Shown here piece by piece: positions 12,478 through 24,775 of a DNA stretch of 64,000 nt. Where the stretch lies: NCBI RefSeq assembly GCF_004010195.1, contig NC_057754.1, forward strand, positions 1,588,823-1,652,822, read 5' to 3'. Source of the stretch: Chiloscyllium plagiosum. Lineage: Eukaryota. Below the pieces are notes generated by a model that was not told where the DNA came from, ran no database searches, and saw only the letters and a program-made list of their open reading frames with translations. How positions within the stretch are numbered: position 1 is the stretch's first letter; every line of letters begins with the position of its first letter. Position numbers and translations under genes: made by a program.

Positions 12478-12642
12478 GAGAAGATTTGTAGCTCAGGATG
12501 AGGTTCTGGATGTAGGTTTGCTCGCTGAGCTGGAAGGTTCACTTCCAGACATTTTCGAGGCCCACTGAAGATGTTAGCTAGTAGGGTGACGAAACGTCTG
12601 GAAATGAACCTTCCTGCTCAGCAAGCAAACCTACATTCAGAT
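12478..12642. mobile_element. Penelope family C fold-back terminal element
   Basis: ~12505-12556 and ~12590-12641 are inverted copies. Starts aagatttgtagctc like the family C copy at 46780. Confidence 0.8.
12562..12601 (+). ncRNA. Minimal type I hammerhead ribozyme motif (family C), core intact
   Basis: CCA-CUGAAGA-U-GUUA...UGAC-GAAA-C-GUC-UGG: helix I CCA/UGG, helix II GUUA/UGAC, GUC triplet at 12596-12598. Confidence 0.75.
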
Positions 12643-14159
12643 TGCTAAATTTAGCAAGTATTGTTTAACAACCAGCTGGCCAATTATTACATGATAATCT
12701 GCACAGGAAAATGGGAGCAATCATGTGTAGAAACATCAGAACCTTTTCATGCATTATGTTTTCATCACCCATTTTGCTCACTTGCTTAAGTGCTACAGTA
12801 TCTATCATTCTCTGGTAAAATCAGAAAGGCTGTGATTATCCTATTGGCATTTGGTTTTCCATGCTGTTACAAATATTTATATACAGGGAATTATGTTCTG
12901 TTGTTAAAGGATATGAAATAAGGAAGTGCCACAAGTTGGAAATTATTTAAAAGTTGCTTCTTGATGCTGCTTTTGTTGTTGTTTTGCTACAAGGAAAGTG
13001 CAAAGAAATTATAAGATTAAAAAGCAATTTTAATGCACCCATTTGGAACTGGGAAACTGATTTTTAAAAAAAATCTATACCATCTTGTGTAGCATTACTT
13101 TAAAAGATTAAAATGGAACTTACACCCTACATCAAAGCAATGTCCACAAGGTTGATTCGCTGGGTAAATATGTTCATACTTTAACTCAAATTGAATTTTT
13201 ATTCATCATACATATTCTAATACTTGTATCCCTTAGCATTAGGTTTGCACAGAGAACTTCAAGTCCGAAGGAACAGGAGATGAGGTATTTATGTTTCCCC
13301 CCACGTTTTGAAGTATATCCCCTGTTTTAATGTCTAAATGTTTTGAGAATAGGTCCTCCACATACCTTTCTTGACTGGGAACTGTTTAGGGGATGTAGAA
13401 GAAAGAATCTAAGTGAAAAATTCACCTCAGATTTCTGTCCTGGTATCTATTAAATTTGGCAGTATTTGGAATAGCCGCCATGCGGTAATCCTTTCTGGGT
13501 TACAGCTCTGATGAGCTTAACGTATAAACAAATCACACTGCAATTTCAGTTGGAAAATTTAATTGACCAAGGATTGGAAAGATTGCTCCCTACTTTGTGT
13601 GGGGATTTAGATGCTATTTGGAGTTCATTTGTATTGTTTATTGTGGCATTGAAAACAATTTGATCACAGGCTTGTAGCTTGCACCTACCAAATTATTTTC
13701 TCTTTTTCTGTTATGTCTTTAATATTTCAAAAAGAAAGTTTAAATATTTATCATGTAATTTTTCCTCAAAATATATCTCAGAAAAATATATTAGATGCTG
13801 CACTGCACAATGTATTTCAAGACACGCAGTTTGGAGCCAGAACTATCTTGCAGTTACACTACAGGCAGATGCTCAGTGTTGCTCGCTTTGTTCAGTTTTT
13901 GCCCAGATCACAACACAACCTTCTTGATTATACTGCACAGTGGAGACGACGTTTTGGAGCTACTCCAGTTCCATCACAACTCTATGGAAAGGCCCCCATT
14001 CTTTGTATTGTTTATCATACTTAAGCAATTTCAGTTTGCATAGATTCCAGCACCCTCAGGGAATGACAGTAGTTCTGCAGGTGAAAGCAAGGGCCACATC
14101 ATCAATAACAAATCCATACTTGGGGGTTAGCGAGGACAGGCTTGTGTGTGTTTGGTTCA

Positions 14160-14312
14160 TCTTAGAATTAGAATTAGGTTTTATTGTCACATGTACTCAA
14201 GTACAAAAATACAGAAGTACAATGAAAAATGTACAATGTTGCCATACATGGCGCCACCTGAGGTACAAAGTACGTGTTACAAATCTTAAGTACAAAAATA
14301 AAGAAAAAAGCT
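14160..14312 (-). mobile_element. 3' tail fragment of the same family as the 33456-35415 composite element
   Basis: Minus gtactttgtacctcaggtggcgccatg...cttgagtacatgtgacaataaaacctaattctaattct aligns with ~35270-35415. Confidence 0.75.
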
Positions 14313-15431
14313 AAAAGTTCTCAAGCAATGCAAGCCTTTTTCTGTTTGTTAAAATTCTAAACATGTTCTTATATGGTTTAAGGGCTGTTTGGAATCTGTT
14401 ATGGCACTGACAATCCAAGTTAGTATGCTCAGTTTCTGAAGTTAATTCCTCCTAGAGATGCAGTACATTTAAAATAGATGTGAATAGTTGTAAGAACATA
14501 ATAAAACCTCAATGCTTGCACTAATAGAAGACAAACAGGTGTTTTAAGGAGATGAAGGTGACAAGAGAGTTATATTACAGCCATGTGCCTTGTGAAATGA
14601 TACGGTCTGTTTTGGATTCCTTATCTTACTGAAACTCAATGCATTAAATCTTTGTCATGTAACAACTTGCAAACCCAAAGAAGGGATAATTACCTACTGT
14701 AATTTTTTTTTCTTTTCATGATAACACCAAATCCTTCTATTTTCTCTGAGATCAATCGTATTTTACCATCTCATTGCTAATGTAACTGAAATTACTGAGT
14801 GATGCAGCAATTGAAGTTGTGCTGTGGAATGGCAGAATTATGAGGTATTTCCCCTAGTGATTTACTCAGACAACAAGTTCCTGACCTTGAGCCAGATTGT
14901 CTGTACTGAAGGAGAAGAGGCAACAAGATATTGTTCCAGAGAACAGGAGGAAAATTGAAGAGCATGGGCACCCAGAATTCCTCCACACGAATAGGTCCAA
15001 TAAACAATTTCAGTACAAGATTGCTGATAATGAATCTCTTGTTAGATTGAGAATGATGCCATAACTGAGGGAGGACTTAAACATGGAGGGAAATAAACAT
15101 CGGATTTGGGGGTTACCTTGGCATATATTGAATTTTAGGTGCAGATGCTGTAAATTTTGCTGTGCAAGTATAAGTTTTTCTGATCAAAATCACTTTTATT
15201 CACTATTCTCAAGTTTAATGTTGCGAAGATTTCTGTCAGCTGTTTCCAAGGCCATAGTCTTTAGAGAACCATCATGCTATGTAACCTAAATATAAGCTGT
15301 TGTGTGATTGGTTTAGTTCTGTAGATAAAACAGTTCCTTCTAAATGCATCAATCAATTACTTGAAAATATTGTCATCACTTAGTTAATCAAATACAGGAC
15401 TATTTGTATCACAGAATTGGTTCAGAACTTG

Positions 15432-15591
15432 CCAGAATGATGAGAATGTCACTTGGAGAGTGAGACTGAATGATAATTGGTAGCAAGGAAATGCCAGTTC
15501 TGAGGAAGGGTCACCGGACTCAAAATGTTAACTCTGATTTCTCTTCACAAATGCTGCCATGCATGCTGAGCTTTTCCAGCAACTTCTGTTT
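15432..15591 (+). mobile_element. Penelope family D fragment (from ~15497) with a ~66-bp captured 5' segment
   Basis: ttctgaggaagggtcaccggactcaaaatgttaac. TSD ttggtt(c/t)agaacttg at 15417-15431 and 15592-15606. Confidence 0.75.
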
Positions 15592-16199
15592 TTGGTTTAG
15601 AACTTGTTTGAATGATTTAGCTTCATGTTGGAGACGGTTATAAAAAGGAATTCTAACTGGGTCTGTTAGAATTAACATAAGATATTACAAACATACTTGT
15701 TTTCATTAAGGAAACTAGTTTTGTATAAAATCTTGCAGCATTATTTAATTGTTCTTTATTTGCTTGATGCGCGTAATGAGCCACTGATATGCTGATACTC
15801 AGAGACTTTCTCAAAATGTGAAAAATATCATGTGTATGAATAGTGTAGTTCCAGGAATCAAATCAGGTATTAAAGAAAACATTTTTGCTCTTTGTCTTGG
15901 ACCAGTTTTAAAATATACCTAGCTATCAAAGCCAGTTAAAGTACTTTTAAGGTTGTGAGGATTTAAGAACTTACTTCTTGGACAAATTTAGACTAAGCAG
16001 GTCAGAAACATACAAACAAATGACTTAGAAGCAGAAGCAGGCAACTTGGCTCCTCAAGTCTTCAGTTAGTGTTTTTTAGGGAATTCATGAGGAACGTCTT
16101 TACCCAGACAATGATGAGAATGCCACTTGGAGAGTGAGATTGGAAATAATAACAGGCAACAAGAAAATGCCAGAAACTTTGAATAAGTATTTTTTATCT

Positions 16200-16500
16200 G
16201 CCATCTTAGCCCTCCAAGATGTCTGTGTTCCTCCTATTTGAGCTTCTTGAGTATCCCCTGATTTCCACTGCTCTACCATTAGCGGCCATGCCTTCAGCTA
16301 TAATGGGCCCCAAGTTCTGTAATTTCCCTCCCAAACCTATATTCCATTCTACCTCTCTTTCTTCCCTTAAGATGGTCCCTAAAGATTATTTCTATTGACT
16401 AAGCCTTTAGCCACCTGTGACTCAATGTTACTTAATTTAATAACAGGCCAGTGGAGTGCCTTGGGATGTTTTATTACTTTATACAAAGTTGTTATTGTTG
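16200..16500 (+). mobile_element. L2 LINE 3' end fragment
   Basis: Similar to 24520-24775 (gcggccatgccttcagc; gccttgggatgttttattac...gttgttattgttg tail). Confidence 0.6.
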
Positions 16501-17244
16501 AATTTATGCCTCGAGACTGTCACACATGCTCTCTTTGATCATCCTATCAAATGTTCTTGTTATGGTGACATTTTTGCAAATCACTGACTGAGTAAGAGCC
16601 TTGCTTCAAATCGTAACTGGCATGGTGTTTTATGTTTCCATTTTTACTGGCCAGCAGCTGTCCTAGTGATATCATCTGATTATTTTTTCAGTTTTGCCAT
16701 AATAAAATTTTGAAAAATTATACAGAAACAAAAATCCTCCAAGTTTAGCAATTATATTATTACATGCTATTATGCAAAACCCATTTGCAGTTTTGAAAGC
16801 TTTATACTTATGTGGTTAATTAACTTGCTTCCCATTTTGGTGGTTGAATCACACCAGTGGTCTCAATGGAGATATTGTATTTCTTCCCTTGAGTAATATT
16901 TCCCCTTTACTCCAGAAAGTGTTAAGTATTCTTGGATATGTTTTCACTGGAACCAGCAGCTTCTCAGTACTTTACCTTAGTCCTGTTCTTCAGGTTAGAG
17001 CCTAGATCACTGATAGCCTCTTCAGCTCTGAAAGACTTTATCTGAAAATTGCATGTATTTAGTTTCTAGCAGATATAACAATAGTAGCAGGCACCTGACA
17101 CTTTTAAATAAAAACAACTTTGTTTAGCTCAAGAGCACTCCAGCTTACCATCACAGGAGAGAGGGGTGAGTTATGATTTATTGTATATCTTCGGGTTATA
17201 TCTTTGTGTTATAATCTGATCAAGGACCATGATAGAAAAATTGA

Positions 17245-18180
17245 TAAAGAAATAGTACTGCAGATGCTAGAGATCTGAAATAGAAAGAAAATTCCAAAGA
17301 AACTCAGTAGTCTGATAGCACCACCTCCACGATAATCCTCAACACCAGTGTGCTGCAAGGCTGTGTAACTGGATCGTTGACTTCCTGACCCATAGACCAC
17401 AATCAGTAAGAATAGGTGATAGCACCTCCTCCACGATAATCCTCAACACTGGTTTGCTGCAAGGTTGCGTACTTAGCCCCCAATATACACCTTATACATT
17501 CATGACTGTGTTGCTAAATTCCACCCCAACTCTATTTACAAGTTTGCTGACAACGCTACCATCGTAAATTAAATCTTAAATAACAACAAGACAATTCAAG
17601 AAAGAGATTGAATGCTGAGCAGCATGGTGTAAAGACGACAAGTTAACATTTTGAGTCCAATATGACTCTTCTTGGGAACTAAAGGGATTGGAAGTTATTA
17701 GGAATTACGTTGAAGAAAAAGTGGGAAGGAGGAGGACATGGAACAGATGATAAAAATGCCCCAGAGCAAAAGGCAATAACAGTGCTAATGGAAGCAGGAA
17801 AGAGATATGGATGAAGAATAGGTGTTAATAACAGAAAATAGGTCAGATGTAGTGACAGCAAATCTGTCACTACATCCATGCAAACAAGACACTGGGTATG
17901 GGTGAAGAAGGGAGTGAAGATAATCAAAATGGAGCTCAGTTCTCGTGGTTTGAAATTGTTAAATTCAATATAGAATACTGAAGCTGTTAACTGTCTAAAT
18001 GGAAAATTAAGTGCTGTTCTTCCAGCTTGTGCTGGGCTTTACTGAACATTGCAGTTAGACCTAGAATGGAAATATAGGCAAGGGAGCAAAAAGGTGTATT
18101 GAATGTCAAACACATTAAGATTGGAGGCATTCTTGTAGGTTGTGTGGAGGGTTTCCACAAAGTACTCTCACAGTCAGAAA
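17245..18180 (-). mobile_element. Old Penelope (family D-like) element, interrupted by Rex1 sequence
   Basis: Minus ~17995-18037 translates AQHKLEEQHLIFHL (GIY-YIG C-terminus). Terminal repeat is split between 17245-17320 and 17640-17680. Confidence 0.65.
17320..17640 (+). mobile_element. Internal Rex1/Babar RT fragment
   Basis: Aligns with ~19137-19407, including the KFADN (FADD box) region. No 3' tail. Confidence 0.8.
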
Positions 18181-18894
18181 ATTGGAAATTGTGAGATAAA
18201 AACCAAATCTGAAATCAAGGATCACTTCACCACCACCACTCAAATATGTGTCTGTTCAATCTTTCCTCCTTTCTCTTATTGAAAACCTTTTGAAGTTCCT
18301 TTCGCAAAATCACATGCATGTTCAGGATCTAACCACATCCCAATTTTTGTGGGTGATTGTATTGTTCTTGATCCCGACCTTGTTCTAATTAAGTGCTCAC
18401 TGATGTTTGGATTGGCCCATTAAGAAGTCTGTGACTGATTCCTACATTTACTTGATGGGAATCAGAGGTGGCCAGCATTTCTAATTGGCAGCTCAGTGTT
18501 CTCAAGTCTCTCAGCTCAGCAGCTGGCTCTTAAATACCAAGTTGGTTCTGGCAGGCTTCTTGTTGAAAACAGCACTTTTTCCCTCTAAATTTAGTAAACG
18601 ATTTTAAAATATATTTTGATTTGCTTTTCACGTTGCTCTGGGCTCCCAGGTTTTGTTCATGTGTCAAGAATCAGCCTATTTCCAGTTTTTCATTTCACCC
18701 TTTCATTTCAATTTCTCTTTACAGTGCAGGTTGTGTGCCCTTATTTTTTTGTTTGTAACTCAATTTTCGCTCCTGAGTACTGCTGTATAGAGATGTTTGT
18801 TAGTTAATGCTTTAGAGAGGATTATTTGTTTTAAACAGATTTTACTCAGGTTCAGCTTAAATCAAATGTTCAATTAGAGGCCAACTGTTATCTC

Positions 18895-19700
18895 TCGTGT
18901 TATGGCTCATGTGGACTCTAGCCTACGAAATTGCCTTGATCCTTTGCAATTCACCTACTGCAACAGGCCCACAGCAGACACCATCTCCCTGACCTTACAC
19001 ACATCCATAGAACATCTGGATAACAAGGATATCTATGTCAAGCTCTTACTTACTGACTACAGTTTTACCTTCAACACCATAATTCCAAATAAATTTATCT
19101 TTAAATTCTAAGACTTAGTTCTTGGCTCCCCCCTCTGTAACTGGGTCCTTGACTTCCTAACCCATAGACCACAATCAGTAAGAATAAGTGATAACATCTC
19201 CTCCACGATAATCCTCAACACCGGTGTGCTGCAAGGCTGTGTACTAAGCCCCCTACTATACTCATTATCCGCTCACAACTGTGTTGCCAAATTCCACCCC
19301 AACTCCATTTATACGTTTGCTGACAACACCACCACTGTAGGTTGAATCTCAAATAGCAACAAGACAATACATGAAATTAAGTGTTTAGCAGCATGGTGCA
19401 AAGACAATAATCTCTCCATCAACGTCAGCAAAACGAAGGAGCTGGCCATTGATATCAAGAAGCAGAGTGGAGGGCACGACCCAGTCTGTATCAATAATTC
19501 TGAGGTGGAGATGGTTGAGAGCGTCAAGTTCCTGGGAGTTATGATACGAGCAATCATCCATGGTCCATCCATGTCAATGCGACAGTCAAGAAAGCACAAC
19601 AACGTCTCTGCTTCCTCAGGAGGCTAAGGAAATTTGGCATGACCACAGGACTCTTACTAATTTTTATAGATACACCATAGAAAACATCCAATCTGGTTGT
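18895..19700 (+). mobile_element. Rex1/Babar LINE, decayed RT domain
   Basis: ORF 18902-19111 LDPLQFTY..TADTISLTLH..EHLDNKDIYVKLLLTDYSFTFNTIIP is the Rex1 RT signature. FADN at ~19316, then INVSKTKEL and VKFLG. Confidence 0.9.
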
Positions 19701-20204
19701 GGCAAATAGGATGATATGATAATTGGAGTACCATTGAGGTGTGGTGCATAGCTACCGCAGTGAGTTAGGGAGAATAGTGTGAGGAATCTTTCTAGGCCTC
19801 GTAGAGAGAAACTCTCCATGAACTTCACCAAAATGGATTCTTAGTCTACTTCCAGTAAAATTCAGCTTGTAATGTGATTTACTGTGTTACTTTTGTCTCT
19901 GTTTCAGTTAAGGTGTTTGATTTATCAATTGTGTTGAATAGTATTTGTTAAGCACATCTAGCTTCTCAATGATGTTAAAGTAAGTTTTCCTGATATAATT
20001 TATAATCATTTATTATCATGTGACCAGATGCTGACAGTTCTGACAGTCATGTTAGGAAACTCAATTACTTTTAATCTCCATTCAACCAATTTCATTTGTA
20101 TTTAAAGTTTTAATTGTTTTTTCTGCATCAAAGTCATCTTTACATCCAAGTCTTCATAAATAAGATGATTTAAACAAACGAGTACATATGTTTGCAAAAA
20201 AATT

Positions 20205-20920
20205 AAAGACTTGGACAGGACAAGCAAGGCAAGAGAATACAAGACAAACAGGAGGATCCTGGGAAGCACCGAGGTTCAGAAGGACCTTGGAGTGTATGTC
20301 ACTGGTCCCTTAAGGTAGTGACACAGTGGGTAGACAAAGTAATTAAGAAGGCATATCAAATACTTGCCTTTATTAGATGAGATGTAGAGTTTAAAAGCAG
20401 GGTGGTGATGCTGGAGCTGTATAAAACATTGTTTAGGTACCAGGTAGAGTATTGTGTGCATTTCTAGAACCTACATTGTAGGAGAGATGTATTTGCACTG
20501 GAGAGGGTGCAGAAGAGATTTACCCGTGGTGGAGAGTTGCCCGTGGTGGAGAGTTTTAGTTATAAAGGGAAATTGTTTACACTAAGGTTATTTTCCTTAA
20601 AGCACAAGTAGCTGAAGGAGGGGGCATTATTGAGATATATAAAATTATGAGGGGCATGGATAGGGTGGCTGGAAAGAAATTTGGTGGAGTGATCAATGAC
20701 GAAGAGGAGATGTAAGGAAAAATCATTTCATCCAAAGGTAGTAGGGACAGAAACCCTCATAACATTTAAGAAGTATTTAGATACACACTTGTGATGGCAA
20801 GGCGTACAAGGCTGTGGGTCAGCTGCAAGAAAATGAGATTAGAATCGTTATGTGCTTGTTTCTGACCGGAGCAGGCTAAATGGGCTGAAGAGCCTTTTTC
20901 TGTGCTGTAGACCTCATGTC
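20205..20920 (+). mobile_element. CR1 LINE 3' fragment, decayed
   Basis: LELYKTLFR..VEYCVHF, ALERVQKRFT; tail gggctgaagagcctttttctgtgctgtagacctc. Confidence 0.85.
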
Positions 20921-20954
20921 TTTTAGTAACCTTCATGACTTGAGTAAGTTGCAG

Positions 20955-21332
20955 AGTGCTTTACAGCCAATGAGTTATGTTTGAAATGTCATCACCACTG
21001 TTATGTAGGAAATGTGGCAACCACTTTTTACAGAGCAAGACCCCATGAGCAGCAATAGAATAATGATCATATTTTGATTTTGATTTGGTTGAAGGATAAG
21101 CTATATCTCCCCTATTCATTTTTAAACAGTAGCCGTGGGAAGATTTTATTTCCACCTGGAAAAGCAGAAGGTGCCTTGTTTTAATGCCTCGCCTGAAAGA
21201 CAGCACATCCAATTGTGCAGAACTCCTTCAGTATTGCAATGATGTATGAGTTTCAATTATGTGCCCTCCAGACTTGAAGCCATGGCCTACTGATTCAGGT
21301 GATAGTTCTACCTACTGAGTTGCAGCTGACAC
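20955..21332 (-). mobile_element. Deu-domain SINE (SacSINE1-like)
   Basis: Minus head gtgtcagctgcaactcagtaggtag; body tactgaaggagttctgcacaattggatgtgctgtctttc; tail ggttgccacatttcctacataaca...ttggctgtaaagcac. Confidence 0.7.
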
Positions 21333-23699
21333 TATGGAGAACAAGTACTTCTATCAAATAATGGGAATCAAATAGGTGTTACAAGCCCCACCCTCAGAGT
21401 TGTCATATTGCAAGGACCAACCACATTTTAGATCTTTCTTGCTGTGCCACGACAACATGGCTAAAATTAACATTTAAATAGTAATTAATTTGTGAAATGC
21501 TTTGACAAGTATTAAGGTACAAGACATATAAACGTGTATATTTCTAGCTTCAGTAGGTGAGGGACTGTACGTGTTTTGCATTTGCTAAATTTTCTCTTTG
21601 ATTTAGATTGATGAGTGACGCCCTTGGAGATCTGCCATCATAAATATAAGATAACAAATAAAGGAAGACCTTGTATTTATGTATATAGATTTGCCACAAA
21701 TCTGCGAACCATCCCAAGCTTCACATGCAAATACCCTCTTTTTGTGGGTGCCAATACTGTTTTTCTCACTGTAGGTGAATATAATGGCATTCTAAATGTG
21801 CAGGGTCCCCAAAATGGAAGGATCCTCTGCTTTTTGTGTTGTTGATTGAAATAAAACTGTGGGTTAGAACAAAGGGAAAGGGGATACTCCCTGATCATCT
21901 TCAGGGTGTTTAACGTGCTAGAAAAGGCAGACTGTAAGAATAATATCCCTGACTGTGCAACATCCCTCAATGCTACTTTGGAGTGTCAGCATGAGTTATG
22001 GTATTTTATTTCATACATTTTGTTTTGTGTATATATTATTCTGGACATATTATGTCATTACAATATACGTCTGCTGGTGTTCCTGTCAACAACATGAAAA
22101 GTTATGCTAAGCTGGTTGTTTACCCATAGGTGCATTTATAAATTAATATAATTCTGTTTAGATGATCTATATAATCCTTGTGTCCTATAACTTGTGATTC
22201 ATTGAGTTCTGTTTGTAATTTGTTTAATCTGCAAATATCAAACTCTCAGTACTGATAGTTAGGAAACGTATATTCCTCTTCAAGACAGATTGGTTCCAAT
22301 GTAAGAAAAATCCTCTGAGAATTATTTCTTGCTTTTCATTGTAACTTCTGTGCCCAACCTTGTTTTTTCTCCAGTAAGATTGTTTCGACAGCCAATATTC
22401 ACAGACTAGACCCGAGCTTTCTTCATTTCATATGGGGAAGTGATTTTTGAGAAAACTGGAGTTTTGGGCTTTTCGTTTTCTTAATAAATATATGAACAAA
22501 AACCCGATCTTCCCGAAACTCCTTTCATCCAGAACTATATCACTGTTGTCTGATATAATACTGAATGGTCTGTTCTTGAGACTAAAGTGCCAGCTAACCT
22601 TATTTCACTGTGAGGGTTTTTGACACTTCTTCCGAAGAACTTCTTTTTCCCTCATGTGTTCGACGATACGGTGCTACTTAAAACAAAAAGCATATGCTGT
22701 TTCTCATCTTCAATCCTTGCAAACATGCATCAAGATGAATAATTTTCAACCTATATTTCCTGAGATACATTTGGGAACAGGCCCACGCCGCAAAATTTAT
22801 CTGTTCTCCGTGTCACTGCTTTTTGTTTGTAACTTCTAATGTTAGGGATGTGCATTGGAAAGGTTGGGAGTGGCGGCTGTTGGTGTGGGTGGTGCGGGCG
22901 TAGGAAGAGAGAGAATCCCGACAAACAATAATATGCAAGTGCTGAGAGGGCTACATGATTGACTCTCATCAGATCTGGACCCCTGCCATTGTAAGTTGTT
23001 ATTACAGTTGTTTCAGAGTATCAGGTTTTTGTTGTGGTAGGCACTGCTAGACTGGCTGCCTGCTAACTTAGTCAAACAAAAGTGCATATGTTCTCACTTA
23101 GTCATACTGGTACTCTGTGAATGGGGTTTCTTTTATAATTTAATGGTGCATTTTCTGTCACATAAATAACACAGTTTGTGGCTAAGTTAAATATTGTAAA
23201 ATAAAACGTTCCTCCTCCCCCAAACCATAAGAACTGAAATAGTACAAACTGTGTGACATTTCTTAGACTTCTTGAATCTTCCTTTGCATTCTCTATGTTT
23301 ACATTAATAAAAAGCAGATTTTACTCATGTGTAATTTGATCATTAACTCTAGTGGTACTGAAATTATGTCAATGCATAAATGCTTTATGTCTTGTTGAAA
23401 TCATTCTCCTCATTATTTCAGTGCAGGCTTTGGCCTAATAATGACATTTTTGCTAAATTAGAAAAGGGAGGAATATCAGATGAACGTGTTGACAATTTTA
23501 CAGCAGTATGCTATTGGGTTAGTAGGTTTTGGGAAATTTTATTGGAAGGCAAAAAAACTGTCAGAGGTTTAAACAGTTTGTAGTTTTCTAATTATTTTGA
23601 AGATTAAGGTGGCTGTTGAACTCCAACTGAATGACCAGCTGACTAAGGCTGACTGTGTCCCTGGTGCTGTGAGGCAGCAGTGCCAACCACTGAGTTTAA

Positions 23700-23942
23700 C
23701 CAAATTACTGTGGAACTGGAGTCACATGTAGGCCAGACCAGGTAATTTTCCCTCCCTAAAGGATATTACTGAACGAGATGAGCTTTTAACAACAATGGAT
23801 TCATTATCATTATTAGCCTCTTAATTCCAGATTTTTATTGATTCAAATTCCACCACCTGCCATGGTGGGATTTGAACCTAGGCCCCCAGATCATTACCTG
23901 GGTTTCTAGATTAACAGTCCAGCGATAATGCCACTAGGCCAC
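23700..23942 (-). mobile_element. tRNA-derived SINE; a second fragment lies at ~51350-51505 (+)
   Basis: Minus ggtggcctagtggc (A box), ggttcaaatccc (B box), then cctggtctggcctacatgtgactccag shared with ~51388-51413. Confidence 0.7.
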
Positions 23943-24089
23943 CTCTGTGTTTTATCCTGATAAATTTAACTAAGAATTTGTTTAACTTGATGCTTCTCCA
24001 ACATTCAACACTGAGTGAGCAGAAATTTTCTCATTGTTTTATATTCCAGCTTCAAATTCTGTTCCTTAGTTACCAACTCAATCCTTTGC

Positions 24090-24775
24090 CCTGCCAACAG
24101 TCTGAGTTCAAATTAGTCTGTTTGCAATCTTAGTGTCATAATTGATTTCAAGATGTACCTTCAACCTCATGTCTCTGCTATCATTAATACTGTTCATTTC
24201 CCTCTCTCTAACATTGCCCTGACTTTACCCCTGAATGAGGTCAACCCCTGCTAAAATCCTTACCCAGCCTTTGTTACCTTTTGACTTGACTATCCCAACT
24301 CATTCCTGCCTGGTCTCTCACATATAACCTCTTTAAACTTGAGGTCATTCAAAAATTTGCTGACTGTTAATTCTCATCAAGCGCCACATCCCTGCCATCA
24401 CTTTGCTTGCTAACTTTCTCTGGCTCCCAGTCAAGCAATATCTTTATTTTAAGATTCTCATCTCTATTTTCAAATGCCTTTATGGTTTCACCCATACCTC
24501 TATAATCTACAACCTACAACTCTGAGATGTCTGTGCTCCTCTACTACTGACCTCTTATGCTTTCCCAATTAATTGTTCTGCTATTAGTGGCCATGTACCT
24601 CACCTTCCTTCTTTAAGGTGATCCTGAAAACCCACCTCTATGACCAAATGTTTGATCATTGATTCTAATATCTCCCTATCTGGCTCTGAGTCAAACTTAA
24701 TTTTAAAATGTTCCTGTAAAGCATCTTGGGAAGTTTCATTACATTAAAGGTATTTAAATAAAAGTGGTTGTTGTT
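24090..24775 (+). mobile_element. L2 LINE 3' part, decayed
   Basis: NLSVIID (NLGVxFD), LDYPNSFLPGL (RLDYxNxxLxGL), LWLPVKQ..FKIL motifs; gttgttgtt tail. Confidence 0.75.

Noticed and set aside
21607..21640. C/D snoRNA (TGATGA) or terminal exon LMSDALGDLPS*
   Set aside because: No D box or terminal stem nearby; peptide not recognised.
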